DNA of 64,000 nucleotides from Bacteroidia bacterium (GTDB lineage Bacteria > Bacteroidota > Bacteroidia > AKYH767-A > OLB10), in NCBI GenBank assembly GCA_035340715.1, contig DAOQTX010000005.1:6453-70452 (forward strand), written 5' to 3'. Under the pieces are notes generated by a model. The model made no database searches, was not told the origin of the DNA, and worked only from the letters and a program-made list of their open reading frames with translations. Positions 40,072 through 49,484 of the stretch are shown piece after piece (within the stretch, counting starts at the first letter, position 1; the number at the start of each line of letters is the position of its first letter). A program made the position numbers and the translations under genes.

Positions 40072-40079
40072 AAATATAG
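40072..40079 (-). promoter_or_regulatory. candidate -7 box TATATTTG for the barrel-lipoprotein(-HKD) operon
   Basis: The plus strand reads CAAATATA, 23 nt upstream of ATG 40048. A TTG lies about 22 nt further upstream. Confidence 0.4.
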
Positions 40080-40169
40080 GTATAAAAATGCTTGACTTTG
40101 CAAGTGATGAAGAAGGAATGAGCTGGTTTTTCAGAAGGACCAAATCGTTTGTTGAACCGTTGTATTTTG

Positions 40170-40177
40170 TAGTTTTG
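40170..40177 (+). promoter_or_regulatory. candidate -7 box TAGTTTTG for the EEP nuclease gene
   Basis: It matches TAnnTTTG and lies 25 nt upstream of ATG 40203. TTTG/TTG elements at 40148..40154 sit at roughly -33. Confidence 0.4.
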
Positions 40178-40202
40178 TCCATTCATTAAATTAACAAGAT
40201 AC

Positions 40203-41243
40203 ATGCGTTTTTTAGTATTCTTTATCATTTTGTTGTATTCAAACTTTGGCTTTGGTCAACAAAAGCAGTATAAAATTATATGTACCGGATTCTATAATCT
40301 AGAAAATCTGTTTGATACTATAGATGACCCCCATACCAATGATGCTGATTTTCTTCCCGGTGGTGCCAACCACTATACGGCTCAAGTATATTTTGATAAA
40401 CTGAGCAAACTCAGTCATGTGATTTCTGAGATAGCCATGGATAAATCGAAAGATGGATTGGCTTTAGTGGGGGTTGCTGAAGTAGAAAACAGACAAGTAC
40501 TGGAGGATTTGGTGAAACAAGATAAAATCAGCAATCGAAACTATAAGATCATACACTTCGACTCACCAGATGAGAGAGGAATTGATGTTGGCTTATTGTA
40601 TAACCCGAATTATTTCAAACCGAAGAAATCGGAAGCATTGTATGTTGACATTAGAAATGATGATGATACACCACGTTATACACGGGATGTTTTGTATGTC
40701 AATGGATTATTAGATGGAGAGTTGGTTCACTTATTTGTGAATCATTGGCCATCAAGAAGAGGTGGAGAGGAAGCCAGTGCTCCCTCACGTGCTAAAGCTG
40801 CTTCTGTTTGTAGAAACAGAATAGATTCCATTCAGTTGATTGATCCTCAGGCAAGAATTATCTTGATGGGAGATTTTAATGATGATCCTATAAGCCCCAG
40901 TATAGCAAATGTATTGGGAGCTAAAAATGACATTACTGCTATTGAGAATAAATCACTTTACAATCCCTGGAATGATTTGTATAAAATGGGAATCGGAACA
41001 TTGGCATATAACGATGCCTGGAATTTGTTTGATATGATCATTTTTTCAGAACCATATTTAAATCGTGATAGTGGTAAGTATTATTTCAGTGGTAATTATA
41101 TATATAAAGAAAAATATATGATACAGAGTTCAGGACGCTTTAAGGGTTATCCTAAACGTACGTATGATTTCAGCCGATATGCCGGAGGTTACTCCGATCA
41201 TTTTCCAACATATATTGTTTGGTTAAAAGAAATCAAAGATTAA
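40203..41243 (+). CDS. secreted endonuclease/exonuclease/phosphatase (EEP) fold protein, extracellular-nuclease-like
   Basis: It is 346 aa with the signal peptide MRFLVFFIILLYSNFGFGQ. It has FYNLENLFD near the N-terminus, VNHWPSRRGG, MGDFND, and YSDHFP near the C-terminus. Confidence 0.75.
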   Translation: MRFLVFFIILLYSNFGFGQQKQYKIICTGFYNLENLFDTIDDPHTNDADFLPGGANHYTAQVYFDKLSKLSHVISEIAMDKSKDGLALVGVAEVENRQVLEDLVKQDKISNRNYKIIHFDSPDERGIDVGLLYNPNYFKPKKSEALYVDIRNDDDTPRYTRDVLYVNGLLDGELVHLFVNHWPSRRGGEEASAPSRAKAASVCRNRIDSIQLIDPQARIILMGDFNDDPISPSIANVLGAKNDITAIENKSLYNPWNDLYKMGIGTLAYNDAWNLFDMIIFSEPYLNRDSGKYYFSGNYIYKEKYMIQSSGRFKGYPKRTYDFSRYAGGYSDHFPTYIVWLKEIKD

Positions 41244-41281
41244 GACCGGCAATTCAGTAAGTAATAACACATTCTATTTTT

Positions 41282-41289
41282 TATTTTTG
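41282..41289 (+). promoter_or_regulatory. candidate -7 box TATTTTTG
   Basis: It matches TAnnTTTG and lies 28 nt upstream of ATG 41318. Confidence 0.35.
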
Positions 41290-41317
41290 TGACTTGTTAA
41301 TGTAATTCAATAAAATT

Positions 41318-42289
41318 ATGAAAGGACCGGTATCTCAGTTTATGGAACAAAATTTTCTTCATTTCAATGCAGCTGCAATGATGGATGCAGCTAAGGCTTA
41401 TGAGATGCATATGCAGGAAGGAGGTAAGATGATGATTACCTTGGCAGGAGCAATGAGCACCGCAGAGTTAGGGATATCGCTTGCCGAGATGATTCGAAGA
41501 GATATGGTCCAAATTATCTCCTGCACAGGAGCTAATCTTGAAGAAGATATTATGAACTTGGTTGCTCACTCTCATTACAAACGTGTTCCTAACTATCGCG
41601 ACTTAAGTCCTCAAGATGAGTGGGATTTGCTCGAGAATCATTTCAACCGTGTAACCGATACTTGTATTCCTGAAGAAGAAGCATTTAGAAGATTGCAAAA
41701 ACACATCTATAAAAGATGGAAAGATGCAGATGAAAAAAATGAAAGGTTTTTCCCTCATGAGTTTATGTATCAAATGTTGTTGAGTGGAGAGTTAGAGCAA
41801 TACTATGAGATTGACCCCAAAAACTCTTGGATGTTGGCTGCTGCGCAAAAGAATTTACCAATTGTAGTTCCTGGATGGGAAGACAGCACAATGGGAAATA
41901 TTTTTGCTTCTTATGTCATCAAGAATGAAGTGAAAGCTACTACTATGAAATCGGGTATTGAATACATGGTTTGGTTGTCTGACTGGTATCGTAAAAACAG
42001 TAGCGATAAAGGAGTAGGATTTTTTCAAATAGGAGGAGGGATTGCTGGTGATTTTCCAATTTGTGTTGTGCCAATGATGTATCAGGATTTGGAATGGCAT
42101 GATGTTCCATTCTGGAGTTACTTTTGTCAGATTAGCGATAGTACTACCAGTTACGGTTCATATTCAGGGGCAGTACCCAATGAAAAAATTACTTGGGGTA
42201 AGTTGGATATTACAACACCTAAGTTTATCATTGAAAGTGATGCCAGTATTGTGGCACCTTTAATCTTTTCCTGGCTGCTTGGAAAATAA
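41318..42289 (+). CDS. deoxyhypusine synthase family protein (bacterial DHS-like)
   Basis: It is 323 aa. FLHFNAAAMMDAAKAYE...MMITLAGAMSTAELG...IISCTGANLEEDIMNLVAHSHY...FFQIGGGIAGDFPICVVPM...SDSTTSYGSYSGAVPNEKITWGK matches my recollection of the Bacteroidetes DHS-like family almost block for block. Confidence 0.8.
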   Translation: MKGPVSQFMEQNFLHFNAAAMMDAAKAYEMHMQEGGKMMITLAGAMSTAELGISLAEMIRRDMVQIISCTGANLEEDIMNLVAHSHYKRVPNYRDLSPQDEWDLLENHFNRVTDTCIPEEEAFRRLQKHIYKRWKDADEKNERFFPHEFMYQMLLSGELEQYYEIDPKNSWMLAAAQKNLPIVVPGWEDSTMGNIFASYVIKNEVKATTMKSGIEYMVWLSDWYRKNSSDKGVGFFQIGGGIAGDFPICVVPMMYQDLEWHDVPFWSYFCQISDSTTSYGSYSGAVPNEKITWGKLDITTPKFIIESDASIVAPLIFSWLLGK

Positions 42290-42342
42290 AGCATGTTATA
42301 TTCCTACACTTTAATTCATTACTTTGCGTTTGCTTTCAAAAA

Positions 42343-43086
42343 ATGGGTATGAGCAAGTGTTTAGTAATAATTCCTACCTACAATGAACGTGAAAACATTG
42401 AAGCTATAATCAAGGCTGTTTTTTCGTTAGAAGCGCCTTTTCACATCCTTATAATAGACGACAACTCAAAAGACGGAACGGCCGATATAGTAACGCAGCT
42501 ATGCAAAGATTTCACCGGTCAATTGCATTTGTTGCAAAGACCTGGAAAAATGGGTTTGGGTACCGCTTATATTGCAGGATTCAAATGGGCGCTGGAAAAA
42601 GATTATGAGTTCATTTTTGAAATGGATGCCGATTTTTCTCATAATCCAAAGGATTTAATCCATTTATACAATGCATGCAAAAATGATGGAGCCGATCTGG
42701 CAATCGGGTCAAGATATATTGGTGGAGTAAATGTTGTCAATTGGCCAATTGGCCGAGTGATCATGAGTTACTTTGCATCAAAATATGTGCGACTGATTAC
42801 ACGAATGAAAGTGTATGATACCACGGCTGGATTTAAGTGTTATCAAAGGCGGGTTTTGGAAAAAATTGATTTGAATAAAATTAAATTCATGGGCTATGCA
42901 TTTCAGATTGAAATGAAATTCGCAGTCTGGAAACTTGGTTTTAAAATTATTGAAGTGCCAATAATATTTACCGACCGTGTGAAAGGAACTTCCAAAATGA
43001 GTACCGGTATTTTTGGAGAAGCTTTTTTTGGAGTATTGAAGATGAAAGTGATGAGTTATTTTAGATCTTACGAAAAGGGTAAGTAA
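42343..43086 (+). CDS. GT2 polyprenol-phosphate mannosyltransferase (Dpm1-like)
   Basis: It is 247 aa (start 42343 or 42349), with IIPTYNERENI...IIDDNSKDGT...GLGTAYIAGFKWA...FEMDADFSHNP...AIGSRY...DTTAGFKCY. Confidence 0.8.
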   Translation: MGMSKCLVIIPTYNERENIEAIIKAVFSLEAPFHILIIDDNSKDGTADIVTQLCKDFTGQLHLLQRPGKMGLGTAYIAGFKWALEKDYEFIFEMDADFSHNPKDLIHLYNACKNDGADLAIGSRYIGGVNVVNWPIGRVIMSYFASKYVRLITRMKVYDTTAGFKCYQRRVLEKIDLNKIKFMGYAFQIEMKFAVWKLGFKIIEVPIIFTDRVKGTSKMSTGIFGEAFFGVLKMKVMSYFRSYEKGK

Positions 43087-43090
43087 ACAA

Positions 43091-43945
43091 CTATTGTTTT
43101 TTACGTGTAAACCAAATATTCATCACTACTCCTGCTATGATCAGTACAATTCCTCCTAAGGTAGTTGCAGAATAAAGTTCATCAAAGAAAAAGAATCCGG
43201 CTACCAGTGCATAGAGAACTCCTATGTAATTAAGAATAGAAACTTCAGCCACAACGCTGGTTTGCAATGCTCTTGTCATATTTATTTGACCCAATTGAGT
43301 ACTAACACCAATTAGTATAAGCCAAAGCCATTCGCTTCCTTGAGGTATTTTGAAATCAAAAAACATCATTACAAGACCAGCCAATGTTCCAACCAACATA
43401 AAGTGATAAACAATTACCATCGGGTGCTCATTATTTTTAAGTGTGCGAATGAGCGTATAAGCAATGGCAGAAAAGAATGCGGATGTTAATCCAATTATCA
43501 AAAATAGAATTGATACATCGCTATCGAAACCTTTAATCAGAATTACTCCAGCAAATGAAGTGGCAAAAAATAACCATTGAACGATTTTTACTTTTTCACC
43601 AAGTGCAACCCAAGCGACTACAATTGTAAAAATTGGTGAGAGGTATTGTATGGTGACGGCTGTCCCAAGCCTCATGTTTTGCAACGTAACAAAATACAAG
43701 TACAATGAAAATGTGCCCACTATGCCACGTGTCCACAAAAGTATATGACGATTTCCCTTTAAAGGAATTCCATCTCTTTTGAGTGCAATGAAACAAAACA
43801 ATAAAGAGACTGAGCAGCGAAAAAAAACAATTTCACCTGTGGGTAAATGGCTGACCATTTTTGTAAAAATGTTCATGAGTGCAAACCAAGCAGTGCTTTG
43901 CAACATAAATTTTACTCCGGCTGGTAAGTTAACAAGCCATTTCAT
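43091..43945 (-). CDS. DMT superfamily (EamA-like) transporter
   Basis: It is 284 aa with 10 predicted hydrophobic helices in two repeated halves. Confidence 0.7.
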   Translation of the reverse strand: MKWLVNLPAGVKFMLQSTAWFALMNIFTKMVSHLPTGEIVFFRCSVSLLFCFIALKRDGIPLKGNRHILLWTRGIVGTFSLYLYFVTLQNMRLGTAVTIQYLSPIFTIVVAWVALGEKVKIVQWLFFATSFAGVILIKGFDSDVSILFLIIGLTSAFFSAIAYTLIRTLKNNEHPMVIVYHFMLVGTLAGLVMMFFDFKIPQGSEWLWLILIGVSTQLGQINMTRALQTSVVAEVSILNYIGVLYALVAGFFFFDELYSATTLGGIVLIIAGVVMNIWFTRKKQ

Positions 43946-43972
43946 GCATCACAATTCTAATAACAATTGTGT

Positions 43973-45607
43973 TTAATCCTTGTCACTCTCCAAAAAGGGA
44001 TATCGATAATCGGTAGCAGGAACAAAAGTTTCTTTTATGGTTCGTGGGCTTACCCATCGAAGCAAATTGATCATGCTGCCTGCCTTGTCATTGGTTCCCG
44101 AAGCTCTTGATCCTCCAAAAGGTTGTTGACCTACTACAGCACCCGTACATTTATCATTTATATAGAAGTTTCCAGCAGCATTAACGAGTTTCCTTGTTGC
44201 GTACTCAACCGCATAACGATCGTTGCTCATGATAGAGCCTGTTAGTGCATACACACCTGTTTGATCTACCAATTCAACTGTTTTTTCAAACTCAGTATGA
44301 GGATACACATAGATGCTCAATACTGGACCAAAGATCTCCTCACACATGGTAACATAACGTGGATTTTTACATAACAACACCGTAGGTTCTATGAAATAGC
44401 CTTTGCTTTTGTCAAATTTTCCACCGGCTATTATTTCTACTTCATCGCTTTTCGAAGCGTTTTGAATATAGGATGAAATCTTGTCAAAAGATTTTTCATC
44501 AATAACTGCATTTATGAAATTGCTGAAATCTTCCGTTCCACCCATTTTAAAAGTAGAAAGATCATTGATAAGATTCTTTTTTACCTCGGGCCATAAATTG
44601 TCTGGTATATAAGCTCTTGAAGCGGCAGAACATTTCTGACCTTGAAATTCAAAAGCAGCTCTTGATAAAGAAGTGCTGACTTCTGCGGTATCGGCTGAAG
44701 GGTGGGCTAAAATAAAATCTTTTCCTCCCGTTTCGCCAACAATGCGAGGATAGGAAGCATAGTTTTTTATGTTGCTTCCAATGCTCTCCCACACATTTTG
44801 AAAAACTCCTGTGCTTCCTGTAAAATGTATTCCCGCAAACTGAGGATGTGAAAATATCACTTGACCCGTTTCAGGCCCCGGTACATAAATCAGATTTATG
44901 ACACCAGCGGGTACTCCTGCACGAATGAATATTTCCATTAAAACTTGTGCAGAATATATTTGCGAGAATGCCGGTTTCCAAACTACAACATTGCCCATCA
45001 TGGCAGCCGAACTGGGCAGGTTACCAGCAATGGCGGTAAAGTTGAAAGGTGTTAAAGCAAATACGAACCCTTCGAGAGGTCTTTGTTCTACGCGGTTCCA
45101 AACTCCTTTACTGCTAATGGGTTGTTGCTTATAAATTTCACTCATGTACTGTACATTGAATCGAAGAAAATCAATGATTTCGCAAGCACTGTCAATTTCT
45201 GCCTGAAAAGCATTTTTTGATTGACCCAACATAGTTGCTGCATTGAGTTTATAGCGATAAGGCCCTGCAATAAGATCAGCAGCTTTTAAAAAGATTGCAG
45301 CTCTTTGTTCCCATGCCATTGAAGCCCATTGCTCTCTTGCTGCTAAAGCTGCATCAATGGCTTGTTTTACATGATCCGCATTTCCTAAATGATAATGACC
45401 CAATACATGTTGATGATCATGTGGTGGATGCATGCTTACCTTTTTGTCGGTTCTGATTTCTTTTCCTCCAATGTACATGGGGACATCAATTTGCTTAGAT
45501 CGTGCTTCTGCTAAAGCTTCTTTAAGTGCTTTTCGTTCTGCACTGCCTGGAGCATAATTTAGTATTGGTTCGTTTATCGCTTGGGGTACATTATAAAATC
45601 CGTACAT
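43973..45607 (-). CDS. pruA: L-glutamate gamma-semialdehyde (1-pyrroline-5-carboxylate) dehydrogenase
   Basis: It is a 544-aa aldehyde dehydrogenase with N-terminal YNVPQAINEPILNYAPGS.ER and the catalytic region GETGGKDF...FEFQGQKCSAASR. Confidence 0.85.
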   Translation of the reverse strand: MYGFYNVPQAINEPILNYAPGSAERKALKEALAEARSKQIDVPMYIGGKEIRTDKKVSMHPPHDHQHVLGHYHLGNADHVKQAIDAALAAREQWASMAWEQRAAIFLKAADLIAGPYRYKLNAATMLGQSKNAFQAEIDSACEIIDFLRFNVQYMSEIYKQQPISSKGVWNRVEQRPLEGFVFALTPFNFTAIAGNLPSSAAMMGNVVVWKPAFSQIYSAQVLMEIFIRAGVPAGVINLIYVPGPETGQVIFSHPQFAGIHFTGSTGVFQNVWESIGSNIKNYASYPRIVGETGGKDFILAHPSADTAEVSTSLSRAAFEFQGQKCSAASRAYIPDNLWPEVKKNLINDLSTFKMGGTEDFSNFINAVIDEKSFDKISSYIQNASKSDEVEIIAGGKFDKSKGYFIEPTVLLCKNPRYVTMCEEIFGPVLSIYVYPHTEFEKTVELVDQTGVYALTGSIMSNDRYAVEYATRKLVNAAGNFYINDKCTGAVVGQQPFGGSRASGTNDKAGSMINLLRWVSPRTIKETFVPATDYRYPFLESDKD

Positions 45608-45641
45608 ATTTGTTTGAGTTTTTAATTTGTAATGAAGTGTG

Positions 45642-45649
45642 CAAAGGTA
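45642..45649 (-). promoter_or_regulatory. candidate -7 box TACCTTTG for pruA
   Basis: The plus strand reads CAAAGGTA, 34 nt upstream of ATG 45607. Confidence 0.4.
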
Positions 45650-45664
45650 AGAAATTAAGAAGGT

Positions 45665-48600
45665 TTAAGCGTCTATCCTTATTAATTCAGTCTCAGGCAG
45701 ATATAAAAGATATAATTCCAATGGTGTAAATCCCGCTTCCATTAGAACCGCTTGATACGTTTTTAATTGTTCATGATGTAGTGGTGATCTTTCGGCATAT
45801 TTATAATCTATCAACACAAAGCGATCATTGAGCTGAATAATTAAATCAGGTCTAAATATATTTCCATTTGGCATAGCAAATTCTTGTTCAGTAAAAACTC
45901 GATCTTTACTTACGGGAATCCATTTTTTGCTTTGCAAAAGTTGAAACGCTTTTTCTGATGCATCAATCACCTCATTCAAGATTGATCTTGGATATTTACT
46001 TTTTATCAGAAAGAGGTCTAATGCTTCTTTAAAATTATTTTTTTGAACGCTCAAACTTAGCAAGTGATGCGCAAGTATTCCCGTATTACTGGCATCGAGT
46101 TCATGTGCAGATAGAATTCGTTCTTTTTCGCCTATGGTTGATCGAAGAAAAACAAATTCGTTCCAATCTCTGTTTGTTTGAGCGCCAAGTGTAAGCGCCT
46201 CTGTCATTTGTATTGGATCTGATGTACTATGTTTATGTTGAACAGTATTACTCACTTCGTCACCTATGTACCAAATTTTCGAATGATCTTCTTCCTTTTC
46301 TTTCAAATATTTTAAGGCGCTATTTAACCGTTCCTTTATCAATTGATCGACTCGTTTTACTTCGTTGCTTTTTGAGTTCTTTGATGACGGTTCAATACTA
46401 TATATGTAAAGCATATTTTCTGCTCGAGTAAAAGCAACATAAAAAGCATTGATCGTATCAATCTGCTGGAGTTTTGACTCGGTGTCATACTCGTTTTTAA
46501 ACCAAGTATAACTTAAGCTTGACCGATGCAATAAGGGATAGCTTCCTTTTGTTTGTAAAGGAGTGTGTTCTAATTCAACCCACATTTGATGCGCTTTATT
46601 TCCAGAACCAACAAATGACTTATCTGTAAAAGGGATAAAGACAATCTTATATTGAAGTCCCTTTGACTTGTGAATGGTACTGATCCGAATGGCATTAATA
46701 CTTTCAGAACTTTTGATGCAACATTTATCGCTGTCGTGGTTATCATCCCACCATTTCAGAAAAGATTGAATAGAAGTTCCGGCCTGATTCCGGTAAACGT
46801 GAATCAAATCAACGAAACGATCGAAATACAAATCGGAAGACAATGTAAAACCCATCAATTCGGCCAACTGCAAAACAGTATCATAAACGGCTTTTTGTTT
46901 TTGCGGATGTATTGATTGTTTTAATGGTGAGGGAAGAAAGGAGAGTAACTGTTCCTTTTGTATAGGTTGATTTATTTGATCTAGAGCACTGCTTGAGTTT
47001 ACATTTTGTTGTAATACAAAACGACAAATACTCGTCAATGCAATCAAATTGTCCTGATCTTGTATGTAGGTTAAGCAGTGCAAAAGAAAAAGAACATGAG
47101 GAGCACTGGTCAGCATTAACGAATCGTTTGAAATAATCTGAGTAATTTGATGATCTGCCAATGCAGCTGCTACTTTGTACCCTTCATTTTTTGTATTAAC
47201 CAAAATGGCCATGTCTTTCAGTTCGTATCCTTTATCTAGTAGCTCTATTATTTTGAAAGATAAGCGACTCAGTAAATATTCTTCAGCAAGTTTTTTCTTT
47301 TTTTCTTTTGTAATTTCTTCTTTCTGAACAAATTCAATTTGTACATATCCTTTGTTTTCGGAACTGCGTTTATTGATCTGATGAACATTGCTTGGGGCAT
47401 AGGCCTGAGTTAATAATGGGGAGTAATCATCCAATGAATTTTCGATTCCACTAAAAAAAGCATTATTAAAATCGACTACATTGGACAAACTGCGATAATT
47501 ACCATCTAGTGTTTTTTGATTCAAAATGGAATTGAATACACTAAGATCTTTATGGACTTCTGTTGCCATCAGTTCCATATTTCCACCTCTGAAACGGTAG
47601 ATGGATTGTTTTAGGTCGCCAACCAATAGCAGCGTGCCTCCTTCAGCTAAAGCATTTTCTGCCAATGGTAAAAAGTTTTTCCATTGAATATCAGAAGTGT
47701 CTTGAAATTCATCTATAAGTAATGCTTTCAAACGAGCGCCTGTTTTTTCGTAAACTAAACCAACCGCAGCATTGTCCATACTTTTTTGCAAGATTAGCTG
47801 AACATCACTCAGCAATAGCTTTTCTTTTTCTTGCCGATATTTTTTCAATCCTTCATCGAGTTGCTTTAGCAAACCACCCAAATACATTTGCGACAGTAAA
47901 CTGGTATAACTACTATAATCAACGTAATGGTCTTTTGCGAAATCAATTAGTTCTTTGTAAACGGGATGAATTTTTTGGGTTACAATATCTTTTATAGTGG
48001 AATGAGTGCCTTTTGTAACTCCTTTTTCTGGTTCATGATAAAACTGCATGATTCTGGAATTATCATTTTCCAAATGACCACAAAATGCGTCAAGGTATAG
48101 TTCACTTTTAAGCGCTATACTAACTGCCCCTGATGATTTATTGTTAAAATCATCTACTGTTAGATTGTAGCTAATTAAAGCATTTTGAAATTGAACTTTT
48201 TTGGATTGATAATTTTTCTCAATCATATTGAGATTTGCATGGAGCTTTGACTTAAATACATCATTTATATCCAGCAAACGATCAATGCCTTTAACACGTT
48301 TGTTTTCACTAAACAGTTGCTGACTTATGTTTTTCAACTCATCATCAATGTCCCATCGTTTATCTTGTTCAAGATTGTTAAGGATAAAATCGGTTAACCA
48401 CTTTTGCAGATCTTTATTCGACTCACATTCTTCAAAAATATAATTGCGTAAATATTCTTTTATTTCATCGGTGTCTAATTGCAATTCGTATCTTAATGCT
48501 ACATTCAATTCTCTCGACAGATGGCGTAACAGGTTATAATAAAAACTATCAATGGTGCTGATATTGAGTTTTGAATACTGATGCAAAATGGTATGCAATA

Positions 48601-48874
48601 AAACTCCAGCCTTCTGCCTTAATTTATTTTCATCACAAGCTAAGGCATCCATTAAATCGCTTAACATATCGTCTGATCCACCGGATGAGATTTTATATAA
48701 GTTACTCATCAATCGCTCTTTCATTTCTGAAGTAGCTTTATTCGTAAATGTGATGGCCATGACCGACTCCAGAGAGTAATCATCTGATAGTATCAACTTC
48801 AGATACTCTTTTACTAAAGTGTATGTTTTTCCCGAACCTGCCGAAGAACTGTAGATATCAAATCTGCTGTTCAA
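45665..48874 (-). CDS. UvrD/Rep-type superfamily 1 helicase fused to a C-terminal PD-(D/E)XK nuclease (AddA/RecB-like)
   Basis: It is 1069 aa with Walker A SSAGSGKTYTL, LLIDEFQDTS, VGDLKQSIYRFRGG, TIHKSKGLQY and FYVAFTRAENMLY. The C-terminus has RPDLIIQ...FVLIDYKYAE (RecB-family nuclease motif). Confidence 0.8.
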   Translation of the reverse strand: MNSRFDIYSSSAGSGKTYTLVKEYLKLILSDDYSLESVMAITFTNKATSEMKERLMSNLYKISSGGSDDMLSDLMDALACDENKLRQKAGVLLHTILHQYSKLNISTIDSFYYNLLRHLSRELNVALRYELQLDTDEIKEYLRNYIFEECESNKDLQKWLTDFILNNLEQDKRWDIDDELKNISQQLFSENKRVKGIDRLLDINDVFKSKLHANLNMIEKNYQSKKVQFQNALISYNLTVDDFNNKSSGAVSIALKSELYLDAFCGHLENDNSRIMQFYHEPEKGVTKGTHSTIKDIVTQKIHPVYKELIDFAKDHYVDYSSYTSLLSQMYLGGLLKQLDEGLKKYRQEKEKLLLSDVQLILQKSMDNAAVGLVYEKTGARLKALLIDEFQDTSDIQWKNFLPLAENALAEGGTLLLVGDLKQSIYRFRGGNMELMATEVHKDLSVFNSILNQKTLDGNYRSLSNVVDFNNAFFSGIENSLDDYSPLLTQAYAPSNVHQINKRSSENKGYVQIEFVQKEEITKEKKKKLAEEYLLSRLSFKIIELLDKGYELKDMAILVNTKNEGYKVAAALADHQITQIISNDSLMLTSAPHVLFLLHCLTYIQDQDNLIALTSICRFVLQQNVNSSSALDQINQPIQKEQLLSFLPSPLKQSIHPQKQKAVYDTVLQLAELMGFTLSSDLYFDRFVDLIHVYRNQAGTSIQSFLKWWDDNHDSDKCCIKSSESINAIRISTIHKSKGLQYKIVFIPFTDKSFVGSGNKAHQMWVELEHTPLQTKGSYPLLHRSSLSYTWFKNEYDTESKLQQIDTINAFYVAFTRAENMLYIYSIEPSSKNSKSNEVKRVDQLIKERLNSALKYLKEKEEDHSKIWYIGDEVSNTVQHKHSTSDPIQMTEALTLGAQTNRDWNEFVFLRSTIGEKERILSAHELDASNTGILAHHLLSLSVQKNNFKEALDLFLIKSKYPRSILNEVIDASEKAFQLLQSKKWIPVSKDRVFTEQEFAMPNGNIFRPDLIIQLNDRFVLIDYKYAERSPLHHEQLKTYQAVLMEAGFTPLELYLLYLPETELIRIDA

Positions 48875-49467
48875 ATCAATTTGTTTTGTTGTAGTAATTG
48901 AAAAAGATCAGCTGTCCATAATTCATACATTTTGGCTGAATAATGTAACCCATCACTGCTGAGAAGATCTTCTAAATTATTTCTGGTATAATGGGTAATG
49001 TCGAGAAAAGGAACTTTATAACGATCGCAAATTTCTTTTTTACTTTTATTAAATGCATCGATCTCCAAAGCAATTTTATTTCGGTCTTTCCCTTCAGCAA
49101 AAGGAGTGCATCCCCAATCGGGGATAGATAATACAACAACATTCTTTTGCTTGGAGAATTGAATGGCTTGTTTCAACAGATTTTCAAATTCGGAGCGATA
49201 ATTCTCCAAACTTCTTCCCCTATACTGATTGTTTACTCCTATCAGCAAGGTTACGATATCGTAGCATTGATGAATCTTCTCCTCATCAATAGCTTTTTGC
49301 AATTCGTCCGTAGTCCAACCGGTAGTGGCAATTATTTTTGGAACATCAAATACCAAACCTTTTTGCAGCAATAGCTGATGAAGTTGGTTTGGAAAATTGT
49401 CTTCTAATACTACTAATTCGCCAATGGTATAAGAATCGCCTAAGCAAAGAATAGTTTTTGTACTCAT
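48871..49467 (-). CDS. SGNH/GDSL hydrolase family protein
   Basis: It is 198 aa with ILCLGDSYTIG (block I), GVNN (block III) and DGLHYS (block V). Its stop overlaps the helicase ATG (ATGA). Confidence 0.75.
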   Translation of the reverse strand: MSTKTILCLGDSYTIGELVVLEDNFPNQLHQLLLQKGLVFDVPKIIATTGWTTDELQKAIDEEKIHQCYDIVTLLIGVNNQYRGRSLENYRSEFENLLKQAIQFSKQKNVVVLSIPDWGCTPFAEGKDRNKIALEIDAFNKSKKEICDRYKVPFLDITHYTRNNLEDLLSSDGLHYSAKMYELWTADLFQLLQQNKLI

Positions 49468-49484
49468 TAAAAAAGAAATTCAAA

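Noticed and set aside
45665-48874. The UvrD-like helicase with a nuclease domain could be a candidate anti-phage module (Gabija/Hachiman-type).
   Set aside because: Its domain order and motifs match AddA/RecB-type repair enzymes, and no OLD/TOPRIM ATPase or HamA-like partner is present. I kept only the finding about the missing AddB partner.
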